This document shows positions 8,594 through 18,512 of a DNA stretch of 64,000 nucleotides, in pieces. Within the stretch, counting starts at the first letter, position 1. Each line of letters starts with the position of its first letter. The stretch lies in sequence record NC_048170.1; one strand, given 5' to 3'. The position numbers and the translations under genes are program-made. The notes beneath the pieces are model-generated. The model was not told the DNA's origin, did not search any database, and saw nothing but the letters and a program-made list of their open reading frames with translations.

Positions 8594-9436
8594 ATGGGTG
8601 CTATTGACTACAGTGTAGATCGTATCTGTCGTACAATACCGGCAGACATCCTACAGTATTGCTATATCGATCGCTACGACTGGCGTAATCGCTATCCTCG
8701 TTCCGTAGAAGACATCATTACCGATTGGGTAATCCGTAAACGGGTTATCGGCGACATCGATATCTACGGGGGACTACAAACCGTTATTCCCCTTGATGAT
8801 GCCGGTGTCACTATCGAAGAAGTCACCATCAACTGTTATGTTTTCCACATTCCGTTGGAAGCCACGCAGGGACGTTATATCACGTCTGCATTATCCATTA
8901 TCTCAGGGAGCGTGAACAACTACGGAATAAACTATAACGGGCAATGGGGCGCTTTCAACCAAACCCAATTTCAACGTCAGCTTTGTGGGTGGAACCCCGC
9001 AAGCAACACGTTACAGCAAGGGATGAACGCGTTCGGTCCCATGAACGTTCTTAGTACAGCCAACGTTGATATCATCGCACCTAACACCATCATGGTGAAC
9101 AACGTCACGCCGGTACAATTTCCCCTGAGCCTACGCTGTTTCCTTGCCCACGATCCGGAACTTACCAACCTCAGCATGGAGGTTTGGAACGACTTCTACA
9201 AACTCTGTTTATACGCCACACAAAGTGACATCTACAACAGAACCGTTATCCGTCTCGATAGAGGTGTTACAGCACAAGGACAAGAAGTCGGTGCATTCAA
9301 GGAATACATCGATCGCTTTGCCGATGCTGAAAACACATATCAGGAATTCCTGAACGAAACGTGGGCTGGCGTTGCTGCCTGGAACGATCCACAAACTAAA
9401 CGTCGCGCCATTCGACTACAAACCGGTTACTTCTGA
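8594..9436 (+). CDS. Conserved jumbo-phage protein, possibly virion neck/adaptor-like
   Basis: 280 aa, divergent from phuZ, aaaggggtgaccATG. Function only weakly suggested (see findings). Confidence 0.65.
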   Translation: MGAIDYSVDRICRTIPADILQYCYIDRYDWRNRYPRSVEDIITDWVIRKRVIGDIDIYGGLQTVIPLDDAGVTIEEVTINCYVFHIPLEATQGRYITSALSIISGSVNNYGINYNGQWGAFNQTQFQRQLCGWNPASNTLQQGMNAFGPMNVLSTANVDIIAPNTIMVNNVTPVQFPLSLRCFLAHDPELTNLSMEVWNDFYKLCLYATQSDIYNRTVIRLDRGVTAQGQEVGAFKEYIDRFADAENTYQEFLNETWAGVAAWNDPQTKRRAIRLQTGYF

Positions 9437-9963
9437 TTAACGACAGCTTCCTCCCTCGGCGTTTTCGAGGGAGGTATTTGCCGTTTGAACACTTTCAGCA
9501 TGTTCGCAAAATCAGCAGCAATAATACAGGCCGAGCTTGATAGCTTATTGCTGAAAATGAGATCGTCCGGTAAACAATCGAACTGAATACCGTATTGCGT
9601 CTTTGTCTCATCAACGATCAATGATGGTGTCGATCTTGTCTTCGCGATGTCGGTGATATACAAACGTAAAAATAATTCACCGTCTTCGCTATCCATAAAA
9701 CGATAAGCGTTACCAGAAAACGCAGCATGCGGCGTAACGATAAATTGAACACGATCGTCGGTCGGATGGATATTTAACCAACGTTCGATATCATTACTAC
9801 TCACATTTCGCATATTTACTACGGTAAAAGCAAATAGCGTATCGTGATGTTTGGAATAATGCAGCACATACGCCGCATCTTTCTTTCCGTGAATCCCTTC
9901 AATGTATTCTATTGTCGTATAGCCGGATTTATATAGCTTTACTTGCGGTTTATCACTCATCAT
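9427..9963 (-). CDS. Hypothetical protein
   Basis: ATGA overlap with the upstream stop at 9963-9960. The ORF track extends to 10044. Confidence 0.65.
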   Translation of the reverse strand: MMSDKPQVKLYKSGYTTIEYIEGIHGKKDAAYVLHYSKHHDTLFAFTVVNMRNVSSNDIERWLNIHPTDDRVQFIVTPHAAFSGNAYRFMDSEDGELFLRLYITDIAKTRSTPSLIVDETKTQYGIQFDCLPDDLIFSNKLSSSACIIAADFANMLKVFKRQIPPSKTPREEAVVNQK

Positions 9964-10259
9964 AACAACCCTTCCCGTTTCATCGCGGCACGCATACTTG
10001 CGTAAAGCGCATTCTTCATTGCACCCGGACGCAACGGATAACAAATCTCATATCGACGTCCTTGTTTTACAGCAATTTTCCTTCCGTTCAGAAACAACGT
10101 GCCGTTATCCAGCAACAACTCACCTTGTAGTACCATGAGTCCTGCTTTAACATGACGTCCTTCTTCTTTAGTTAAGACCTTATAGCCGTGTTTATCCAAT
10201 AACCACAATTCGTAGATACCGTGCGCAGCCTTCGGCATTACTTTCTTCTTCGTCGTCAT
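9960..10259 (-). CDS. Hypothetical basic protein
   Basis: 99 aa; aaGGAGGatcttccATG. Confidence 0.75.
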   Translation of the reverse strand: MTTKKKVMPKAAHGIYELWLLDKHGYKVLTKEEGRHVKAGLMVLQGELLLDNGTLFLNGRKIAVKQGRRYEICYPLRPGAMKNALYASMRAAMKREGLL

Positions 10260-10271
10260 GGAAGATCCTCC

Positions 10272-10646
10272 TTAAACTCCTTGTCGGATCATCACCAACC
10301 GGAGCATGTTGTATTCCAATGTAGCGCTTTCTAATTCGAATTCATATCGATACCAGAAATTCGGCTCTAATTGACCTACAACACATTTACGAACATCTGT
10401 CTGCACCTTCCTCGACAACACCTGTAACAGTTGTGTTATCTCCGGCTTGAAGTAATACGCCAAACCTAACTGATCAGAATAAAACAGGCCACAATCAAAG
10501 ATGGCCTGTAAAATAACATATTCAACCATCAGGTGACGCGCATCGGGGTCAGGGAATGGCGAACGTAAAGCGAGGTCTAACACATCGACAATTGGGCCGA
10601 CATAAATGGCGGCACGGTACTCACGAATAACACTGATGTTATCCAT
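10272..10646 (-). CDS. Hypothetical protein
   Basis: 124-aa ORF in a tight co-directional operon. Confidence 0.7.
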   Translation of the reverse strand: MDNISVIREYRAAIYVGPIVDVLDLALRSPFPDPDARHLMVEYVILQAIFDCGLFYSDQLGLAYYFKPEITQLLQVLSRKVQTDVRKCVVGQLEPNFWYRYEFELESATLEYNMLRLVMIRQGV

Positions 10647-10659
10647 GATAACCTATTCG

Positions 10660-11484
10660 TTAACTGTCGCTTTCTGATGTATCGACGTAGTTGAAAATAC
10701 GATCCCGTAAACACTCGTAACGAGGCAACGCACTAAGAATGATCATCTTCAGCTGCATCGCGATCGATACACGTTCTTCATCCGACGCATCGTCTCCCCA
10801 TTTACCCGGCTTAACCTGAATGGGTTCGTGCGGATCCTGCGGGAATATAAAACTTAACAACAGATAATCCGTACGGAACTCCCATACTTCTCGACCGTCG
10901 TTATCGGTTTCTTTACGCAACGTGAAGAGTTGGCGTTCGGTGGTTGGATCCAGCATCAGCGGTCGGCCACGAACAATCTCCAGTTTACGTGGGCTGACGA
11001 ACGTCGTACGTTCAGGAAGGTATTTTTCAACATCATCCGTATCCAACAAGAACAAAATGATATCGTCGAAATACTTCGGTGCGTACGTGTGTATCGGTTC
11101 GCCGTCGCTATACGAAGAGATCTCTTGAAGTATTGGTGTCTTACACGAAAAGTTCTGGCACGAACCACGGGTTATCGGTAAGGTGGTCCATTGATGTTCT
11201 GTAGACAATTCAACAGGCACCAACGGATAATCATCGATGAAGACCACGCACGTTGTACTAATGGGTATTCTTCCATCATTACCTGGTTCAAAAACCAAAC
11301 GTATCTTACCGGTAATCAGCGCCATCTCATCTGGCATTAAATGGCTTGCTGAACGAGCAAGTCTGAAACCGCTCGCCTGTTTATAAGGTTCGGGTTTATA
11401 GCCACGGACAATAAGAGAGACATCCGCAAGTTCAACGCTCACGAATACATCTTTGGTGTCTTCATTGTTCGTCGTTAACGTCAT
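10660..11484 (-). CDS. Hypothetical protein
   Basis: 274 aa; GGAG SD; overlaps the upstream gene by 23 nt. Confidence 0.7.
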   Translation of the reverse strand: MTLTTNNEDTKDVFVSVELADVSLIVRGYKPEPYKQASGFRLARSASHLMPDEMALITGKIRLVFEPGNDGRIPISTTCVVFIDDYPLVPVELSTEHQWTTLPITRGSCQNFSCKTPILQEISSYSDGEPIHTYAPKYFDDIILFLLDTDDVEKYLPERTTFVSPRKLEIVRGRPLMLDPTTERQLFTLRKETDNDGREVWEFRTDYLLLSFIFPQDPHEPIQVKPGKWGDDASDEERVSIAMQLKMIILSALPRYECLRDRIFNYVDTSESDS

Positions 11485-12499
11485 TGTTCATTTTCTCCAT
11501 TGCAACAAATCGTTCAAGCTCGCGTAATAAACGCTCTTTTAACGCAGTATCAACTTCCGGAGCATGTTTATCACGATACCACTCTGTCCCGTTGTATTGC
11601 AGGCTAACGTGCCATGTTCCTAACGGGCTTTCCTCTGCAGCAGCAATGAAATTCTTAACGCCGGTTTTGGTAGGATACTCCATGATAGGAACAGCCTGCT
11701 TCAGATCCATTACGGTAAGATCCTGGAAGTTATAATCCAGAAGCGTTAATGCACGTTTGTCGCGTAACAGTAACCCGCAATCTAAGATAGTGAAATCGAT
11801 ACCCCAAAATTGTAGCTTACCACCCGTACTGATAGGAATATGACCGCGATAGACCGCGAGATAGATCTCCCCTTTATCGGTTTCTTTATTGTATCCTGCG
11901 ATGAATGCTGCGGTAATTAACGGCTGATCGCCTTTCGCAAAGAAAACAGGATGCGTACGATAAAGCCAATCATTACGAATTAAATCTGATACTTGACCTA
12001 AACGTGCCGTAGGCACCATTGTCGATCCTAAGTCACCATTACTAACTTCGAATTGGTAATATTCAAACAGAACACCGTCGACTTCTTCTTTGGCGTATGG
12101 CTCACGAGCCGGGTTAGCGAGTAGGTAACGCAACTTGCTATCGATTTCGGTTACGCGTTCCTCATGGGTATCCATACGACTAGCGACGACGAAAGCGGCC
12201 AGATTACGTACGCTAAGGAACACGTCGTCTTTCTCTTGGTCAGTTAGCCCTTCTTCATCTGCTATCGTTGTCCAATGCAGTGGTCCCTCCACCATCTTTA
12301 ACCATTTGTCTTCACGTTCTGGGTAAACAAAGGGTTTATGTACAGGAACATTGGTATGCTGAACGCGCAATAGTAACGAACAAGGGGATTGCATTATCGA
12401 CTCCCATGGCACTATACCACTCGTGACAGCGATGACGTGACGATTAAGAACAAGAGAAGCTGAATAGGTGATGTTATCTAATCCTGGTAATTGATCCAT
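11462..12499 (-). CDS. Hypothetical protein
   Basis: 345 aa; aaggattcctatcATG. Confidence 0.75.
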   Translation of the reverse strand: MDQLPGLDNITYSASLVLNRHVIAVTSGIVPWESIMQSPCSLLLRVQHTNVPVHKPFVYPEREDKWLKMVEGPLHWTTIADEEGLTDQEKDDVFLSVRNLAAFVVASRMDTHEERVTEIDSKLRYLLANPAREPYAKEEVDGVLFEYYQFEVSNGDLGSTMVPTARLGQVSDLIRNDWLYRTHPVFFAKGDQPLITAAFIAGYNKETDKGEIYLAVYRGHIPISTGGKLQFWGIDFTILDCGLLLRDKRALTLLDYNFQDLTVMDLKQAVPIMEYPTKTGVKNFIAAAEESPLGTWHVSLQYNGTEWYRDKHAPEVDTALKERLLRELERFVAMEKMNNDVNDEQ

Positions 12500-12754
12500 G
12501 ATAGGAATCCTTAGTATGTTTGATATGTTGTTTAATTGACATATTAAGTTTAAAAGAGGTTATGTTTTACGTAATGTTAATAACGTATTCTTATCTCTAT
12601 TAAGTTATGTTCTATCTAAAGATAGTAAACAGATATAATGCTCCCCACCTCCCCATTCTCCCAAGTAATACTGGCCTACCGGCCCTCTCCTTTTTAAGGG
12701 AGAGAGTAAGCATTCAGTATTGCTCAAATGAATAAGCAAAACAGTATAAACTTA

Positions 12755-12778
12755 CCGTCTCGAGACAACTCGAGACGG
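12755..12778 (-). terminator. Perfect 10-bp hairpin downstream of 12808..13146
   Basis: CCGTCTCGAG-ACAA-CTCGAGACGG; followed on the minus strand by TAAGTTTATAC. Confidence 0.55.
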
Positions 12779-12807
12779 CGTAGTAGTATCTGTTTATCTC
12801 TTTTATG

Positions 12808-13146
12808 CTAACAGCCTATTTCTGCATGAACCTTTAACGATTCGAATACATCTTCCTTCTTTGTCATCGTCTTGTATAAACGCGATTGAGCGATGATCTT
12901 TATCCATTGTTGGGGATCGTGTAAATTCACATTTTCAAAACGGGGTGGGGTATTATCTCCGTCGAGTCGGATATACCCTAAGAGCAATCCTTCATGGTCT
13001 CCTCGACGGATTTCGATATGTGGTTTGAGGAAGACACGATTGTCTGGTGGATACCAGCTTACGGTGTAGTAATGGTTTCCTGAAACAACGAATTCGTGAA
13101 CGATTTTTGTCTCATCGTCAATGACCGCATTTACGCTGGGAATCAT
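12808..13146 (-). CDS. Hypothetical protein
   Basis: TAATG overlap at 13146 with the upstream gene. The ORF track starts at 13161. Confidence 0.65.
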   Translation of the reverse strand: MIPSVNAVIDDETKIVHEFVVSGNHYYTVSWYPPDNRVFLKPHIEIRRGDHEGLLLGYIRLDGDNTPPRFENVNLHDPQQWIKIIAQSRLYKTMTKKEDVFESLKVHAEIGC

Positions 13147-13745
13147 TAATTTTTGAAGCATGGGACATAAACCTCCATCAACATCGCATAAAGCGCACCA
13201 AGCCCATGCAGGACTTGGTTAGGTGCAAAGGTCGGAGTGTAACATACTTGTTCGGTTGGTGCTTGTTGACGTAAGTCTAACGGATCTCCGTTGATAAGCA
13301 TCTGCAGGAGATCAGCATCATCTTGCAATGTGTCTTCATCGATATACGCATCAACACAAAGCAGTCGGTGTAACTGTTCGGGTTTAATTGAAATACCTAC
13401 AACCATGCAGTTGTTGTAGGTGGCGTTGTCCAGAAAGAAGTGGATGACGCCTGCTTGAGGATCGCCACCGTAGTGAAGCCAACGCGTAAAACCAGCCGAC
13501 ATCATCCATAGCGGGTTGTGTTGTAACGCACTGACGACACGGGTCTCGAAATCCAAACCAAACTTCTGGAAGATTGCACCCATCTGGAAACGATCTTCAT
13601 CGAGACGGTAGCGGAATATACAGGCATCCGATCCCGTTGAGTTATCGTACACCGAAAGATACCCACGATGGATTTCCACGGTAACATTGTTATCGTCAAG
13701 CGTAGCGCTCGCAACGCCGTTAGAAAAGGTTGGAACAAAGCTCAT
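13146..13745 (-). CDS. Hypothetical protein
   Basis: 199 aa; ATGA overlap with 13742..14293. Confidence 0.7.
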   Translation of the reverse strand: MSFVPTFSNGVASATLDDNNVTVEIHRGYLSVYDNSTGSDACIFRYRLDEDRFQMGAIFQKFGLDFETRVVSALQHNPLWMMSAGFTRWLHYGGDPQAGVIHFFLDNATYNNCMVVGISIKPEQLHRLLCVDAYIDEDTLQDDADLLQMLINGDPLDLRQQAPTEQVCYTPTFAPNQVLHGLGALYAMLMEVYVPCFKN

Positions 13746-14293
13746 CTTGTAATCCTTAATTTACCTGAATGAATTATCGTTGATGGGTCCACGACGCGAC
13801 CATATTTCGCGTTACGTAATACACGATGCCCAAAGAAGTCAGCGGTTTCCAAAACAACCGTATAACAACCCAGCTGATGTTGATGTCCCCAAAACCGTTC
13901 AATGGGAATCCAGCAGGGCGACATGCCTTTGTGTCGCCAATCCGTAACACAGCCGAATTCAGCAAACTGTTCAGTAAACCACTCGTCAATGTCGGTATCC
14001 GTAAAGAGAAACACGTGGTTTTTAACCAGATAAGCGAACCCAGGATAAAAAAGCTGAGGGTCATCTGGGTCACGGAGATAAACACGAAGTTTGTCTAGCG
14101 TACCCTCGACAACGATCGTATCGGGTAATCCCGGCGGCGTGAACCGAAGTTGGAAGTTATCCTCGTTTGCCGAGGCGTTAACCAAATACCCCAATTGAAG
14201 GGGCCGATGCAATTCGAAAAGGTTAAACGTTAATGCATATTCGATATACTCTAATCCTATATTCATGTCTGACCTATGTGGTATGGACGGCAT
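13742..14293 (-). CDS. Hypothetical protein
   Basis: 183 aa; first gene downstream of a candidate early promoter. Confidence 0.7.
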   Translation of the reverse strand: MPSIPHRSDMNIGLEYIEYALTFNLFELHRPLQLGYLVNASANEDNFQLRFTPPGLPDTIVVEGTLDKLRVYLRDPDDPQLFYPGFAYLVKNHVFLFTDTDIDEWFTEQFAEFGCVTDWRHKGMSPCWIPIERFWGHQHQLGCYTVVLETADFFGHRVLRNAKYGRVVDPSTIIHSGKLRITR

Positions 14294-14324
14294 TGCATTG
14301 CCTTCCGCGAGTGTAATCAGGAAG

Positions 14325-14345
14325 GTAATGTAGGTTTATTTTAAT
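14325..14345 (-). promoter_or_regulatory. Candidate early (virion-RNAP) promoter, TACATTAC variant
   Basis: Minus strand aaaataaacc-TACATTAC (14332-14325); one mismatch to the phiKZ early consensus TATATTAC, with an A-rich upstream element. Confidence 0.45.
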
Positions 14346-14398
14346 CTCCATTTCGCGATGATATGACAGTCTTTATTACGTTTACCATCTGAGGGAGC

Positions 14399-15643
14399 AT
14401 GCTCATGTCTTCTATTTTACAGGTGTTTAATGCGCATGCGGAAGGCATTGACATCGACGAGTATTTTGTTAATCAGGTTATCCGTTACGCGACACGCTTC
14501 CGTACGCAAGACCAAGAACACATGCGTTTTTTCGGTGGGGTTCTGTTAGGTGTACAGAAAATCCGATTCACAACAAGACATAACGATACATGGTTTTCAG
14601 ACGTCTTGATGATGGATGAAGAAAGCTTACGACGCGATTTGAGTAAACTACCCTTCTACAATACGCAGACCAACCGTGTTGCCTCAAACGCCTTTAACCT
14701 AAGTTGCTGTTGGTTGCTTTATGCGATCTTCCACAGCAAACAAATCAAAAAAGAAAAGGTTCGTGAAGCCGGGATGCTTGCAGCAATGCAAGTCCTCCAT
14801 TATAAATTCATTTGCGGTCTGGTAGCACGACGTTATCCTTATAACGCTGATCCGGCTATCGCTATTAAAGCGTACGATGAGTTAACCCTCAAATCAGGCA
14901 TCAAGCGCATGAATAGCTGGAATGAGTACATCGACGAACGCTGTAATGCCATCATTGCGCGTAATAGTACACATTTCAGTCGTTGGTCAACCCTGGAACC
15001 TGATAGCGTCGCCGAACGTTTTGTGCGTGATGTGAATACCGGAATCCGTAAGGTTATCAACCGTATCACCGATACGTACTACGCGATGTACGAAGAAGGT
15101 AAGAAGATAGGCACGTCTTCTCAAACTGTAGAGTTAGACGATGGTCTCGCTGTCCGCGATATTAAACGCAACGAAACCACTTATCGTCAATATCTGTTCG
15201 AAATCGCTTATGACCGAACGAGTTTCGTTAAACGCGAACTCATGGTCGTCATCCTTGACGTACACCATACTACCAATCTTTTATCCCTTGAGCGAGCGTT
15301 AAGCTATATCAGCGCTAACGTAGAACGACCGACAAGAGACGGAAAACAGGTCTCTCAGATGTTGCGGCTTGTAATGGAGCATGCTATCGAGTATATCATC
15401 TTGAATAAGGTCGATATGCGCGATCTTACGTTCTTATTCTACATGCGTAACGTGTACACGTCTAACCGCACTAGCAACCCGAAACTGTTAGAACTGCGTA
15501 AAATTGGCTCTGAAGTCATTAAGAAAGCAACCAATGCGAGAAATGACGCTGAGGCTGCGGCGACACGCACCGGTGTCTTTCTGTATATCCTGCTTCGTGT
15601 GTTTAGCCGTAACTATTACGTTCGACGTGCGATGTCACGTTAA
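14399..15643 (+). CDS. Conserved all-helical jumbo-phage protein near the terminase
   Basis: 414 aa; gaGGGAGcATG; no catalytic motif recognised. Confidence 0.75.
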   Translation: MLMSSILQVFNAHAEGIDIDEYFVNQVIRYATRFRTQDQEHMRFFGGVLLGVQKIRFTTRHNDTWFSDVLMMDEESLRRDLSKLPFYNTQTNRVASNAFNLSCCWLLYAIFHSKQIKKEKVREAGMLAAMQVLHYKFICGLVARRYPYNADPAIAIKAYDELTLKSGIKRMNSWNEYIDERCNAIIARNSTHFSRWSTLEPDSVAERFVRDVNTGIRKVINRITDTYYAMYEEGKKIGTSSQTVELDDGLAVRDIKRNETTYRQYLFEIAYDRTSFVKRELMVVILDVHHTTNLLSLERALSYISANVERPTRDGKQVSQMLRLVMEHAIEYIILNKVDMRDLTFLFYMRNVYTSNRTSNPKLLELRKIGSEVIKKATNARNDAEAAATRTGVFLYILLRVFSRNYYVRRAMSR

Positions 15644-15836
15644 CAATGTAACGGTAAAACTTTACTGACGTTGGTTATTATTTGAAGCATAGGGCTTCAC
15701 CCAGGAGTACCATCCCTTTAAGTCGTTTGTCCTCTCCTGGTTAACTGTCGTTCTCTCACAGTGCTCGACAGACCAAAAATGCTCAGGCCTCATAGCCTCC
15801 TCTGGGAATGGAACCCAGAGGAGGACTATGTTTGCC

Positions 15837-16145
15837 TTAAAATTCAATGCGACCTTTTGTCGTAAACAATACACCTCTTTGCCAACAGAAAAGATCCTCC
15901 GATTGAGCGCAAACACGAATACCCGCATCGAATAGATGTTTTGTTCTAGCGCTTAAACAATCAGGATCTTCTACATACAACAGAAGACGTTGGCATTTAT
16001 TTTGAATGCGTTCGACAAGGATGTTCTTATCGCTTAAAATAAAATGCGCGTTATCTGTTAAGTTATCGTCGGTTTCCAGCTGCTTGACAAGTTTGATTAA
16101 AATACGTAATTGCTCAAGTGTGTCATGATCAAGTGAATCACCCAT
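15837..16145 (-). CDS. Hypothetical protein
   Basis: GAGGtacgccATG at 16145. The ORF track starts at 16157. Confidence 0.65.
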   Translation of the reverse strand: MGDSLDHDTLEQLRILIKLVKQLETDDNLTDNAHFILSDKNILVERIQNKCQRLLLYVEDPDCLSARTKHLFDAGIRVCAQSEDLFCWQRGVLFTTKGRIEF

Positions 16146-16192
16146 GGCGTACCTCAACGTTATACGTCGTTTGTATTATAATACGCTATCGT

Positions 16193-16216
16193 CTCCCCGC
16201 CTGTATTAACGGGGAG
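16193..16216 (-). terminator. Hairpin downstream of the terminase gene
   Basis: CTCCCCG-10 nt-CGGGGAG; no U-tract or TATG after it. Confidence 0.4.
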
Positions 16217-16230
16217 TCTGCAAACTACTC

Positions 16231-18462
16231 TTAGAAAAAACCGCCCGGACGGTATTGACCCATCGTCATCCACGCATTACGAGAAATATTCCGTTCATTC
16301 GAAGAGCGGCTTATTTGACGATAAGTATTCGCTCGTTCCTCCCTTGCTTTCGTGATCATCGCATCAATAGAAACAGCCGCTGAATCTTCCCCACGTATTT
16401 TTCCTTTATACGTAAGAAGCTCTGCCTCCAATCGATCCAAGATAAGGCCGTTGGTTTCGGTCTTAAGCAACTCATAGATTTCAGCAACGCGTTGACGAAG
16501 CTTCGCCTGCTGTTGGTTAAGATAAGCTTCATACGGATCGATTTCACCCGTCACAGATGCCGGTAAACGACTCATGACTTTAAGCGGATCGATACCATAA
16601 TGAATCTGTTTCTTAGCGCGCTTGATGAACCACATCGCTAACATCCAGGCGAACGTCATGTCGTCGTGCATTCCATCCTGGTGATCGACACGCCCATCTT
16701 TGATAACCAATCCAAGGATCTCGGAACACAACATCTTATCACGTAATTGCCCGCGGGTTTCTACAATACCTTCCATCAAGATGTCGGAATACAACTCCAT
16801 ACGTTTGCGTGCATCCGTTGTGAAGCCCAAATGCCGTTTACGTTGAGCATACCAACTTTCATCACGCATGCTCAATGGTAATTTCAGGTCTTCGAACATC
16901 GCTGGGTTATCAGCATGTCTGTCCACAATTGTGTTGTATACGCGTTTGAATACGTCGATGCCCGCTTGTCTCAGGAACTCTTCAATTGCGTCTAACAACA
17001 TGATTGCGCTGCTTTTACGTTCAGGAATCAACGTAACGTTCTTAAAACGCATCATGAAGTTGGCCATCCAACGAGCAAAAGAAAGCAAGCTCAGTTTATT
17101 AAAACGTCCTGTCGCAACAACTTCTGCTGTTTCTACATCCACCATCACCAAACCGATAGCGTCACGACCTATTGCATCGCTGGTGTCTAAACCAGCAACC
17201 ACCTTATTGTTCTGCATGTATGTCTCGATTTGACCTCGAGGTATATACCAGTTAATGCAGTAGCCTTCAGGTGAGATCTCGATGTGGTCGATTTCACGTT
17301 GTCCTGCCATGATCATCTCAACCATCTCAGCGGTTAACGGGCTTTCTGCTGAACCGTTGGTCCAGATGTTCATGTAGTCGCGGTCTTTCTGAAGTTTATC
17401 ACCTTCCGTTTCGTTCATGGTTTTTGCTAACCATTCATCACTGAATCCCAACTGAGCATGGTTCCATTGTGCCCCGATCCTGACGGTCGCTTTGCTGAGC
17501 TCGCACGGTACGTTGTTCAATACCGTCTGATGCAGATGCTTTTCGTTACGGCAGTCAAAGAAACTTTCAGAGAACGGCGCGGAACGCATGAAAACTTCAT
17601 AAGCCCATTTGCCTTCGCGTTTATCCAATTCACCTGCTGTTGTCGTATAGATGATACTTGTCAGGTCGCCGTTGCTTAATGCTTCATCGCGTGCCGCACC
17701 CATCGCACCGATACCAGCAGGAACAATAATTTCGATGTATTTCGTAAACGCGGTTTCGTCGCTATGGAATAGCGGGGTTGTTAGACCACGGCCGATGTTT
17801 GTTGCTTGTTTCTTATCCGAACGTGGAATCTTTACCGATAACTTGTTCTTGAAACGTGTGTAGGTTACGTTCTCTTTGTTCGATGAATCCCGACTATCCA
17901 GCGTCCAGAGATACGCAGGTAACAGATCGCGTATACTACGCACGTCTTCTACCGTTTTCGTACGGGCGTCACCGTCTTTTGTTAATTGAATAACCTCGGT
18001 GTTTCGACTACGAACATAGGTTAGATAACAGAACAGTCCTAACATGGTCATGGATTTACCGGTCTGACGTATCTGTATCTGATACCAGTTCGTTCGGGTA
18101 AATATCCCCCAGAGCATCGGAATGTTACCGCGGTTAGCACGGAATGAAATTTTGTTATCACCCGCTTTAGCCGGAACACGCATCACTTCACGGAAGAAGT
18201 ACCATGGATTAAGATAGCATTCCGCACTGATCATCTGAATCTGTTCTGACGTCAAATTCGGTGCGTGGGGATCAACACCAATCAATCTTGGGTTTAATAA
18301 CGCCATGAAAAACGCAGAGTTCCGGACACCGAATTCACGACGATACAAGATCGCTAAATCACGCCAACTTGTGTTTGTTGTTTCCCAGTGTGGAACAGCC
18401 TGAGGAAAATAATCCCAATCTTCCTCAAACAGGATGATTTTCTTCGGATCGACAATCGACAT
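16231..18462 (-). CDS. terL: Terminase large subunit (phiKZ gp25-like)
   Basis: 743 aa. Walker A RQTGKS, Walker B LFHSDETAF, coupling motif YTTT, RNase H-fold nuclease GLDTS ... HDDMTFAW. Confidence 0.93.
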   Translation of the reverse strand: MSIVDPKKIILFEEDWDYFPQAVPHWETTNTSWRDLAILYRREFGVRNSAFFMALLNPRLIGVDPHAPNLTSEQIQMISAECYLNPWYFFREVMRVPAKAGDNKISFRANRGNIPMLWGIFTRTNWYQIQIRQTGKSMTMLGLFCYLTYVRSRNTEVIQLTKDGDARTKTVEDVRSIRDLLPAYLWTLDSRDSSNKENVTYTRFKNKLSVKIPRSDKKQATNIGRGLTTPLFHSDETAFTKYIEIIVPAGIGAMGAARDEALSNGDLTSIIYTTTAGELDKREGKWAYEVFMRSAPFSESFFDCRNEKHLHQTVLNNVPCELSKATVRIGAQWNHAQLGFSDEWLAKTMNETEGDKLQKDRDYMNIWTNGSAESPLTAEMVEMIMAGQREIDHIEISPEGYCINWYIPRGQIETYMQNNKVVAGLDTSDAIGRDAIGLVMVDVETAEVVATGRFNKLSLLSFARWMANFMMRFKNVTLIPERKSSAIMLLDAIEEFLRQAGIDVFKRVYNTIVDRHADNPAMFEDLKLPLSMRDESWYAQRKRHLGFTTDARKRMELYSDILMEGIVETRGQLRDKMLCSEILGLVIKDGRVDHQDGMHDDMTFAWMLAMWFIKRAKKQIHYGIDPLKVMSRLPASVTGEIDPYEAYLNQQQAKLRQRVAEIYELLKTETNGLILDRLEAELLTYKGKIRGEDSAAVSIDAMITKAREERANTYRQISRSSNERNISRNAWMTMGQYRPGGFF

Positions 18463-18512
18463 ATAAACTCCTCCGATGGAGGGTGCCGGGCACCCTCCAT
18501 CGTTGTATTACC

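Noticed and set aside
12641-12662. G-quadruplex on the minus strand (GGGAGAATGGGGAGGTGGGGAG)
   Set aside because: Only three runs of three or more G; at best a weak two-tier structure.
15662-15928. 88-aa minus-strand ORF converging on 14399..15643
   Set aside because: It overlaps the upstream gene by 92 nt and has no clear SD. A shorter real peptide cannot be excluded, but I cannot support it.
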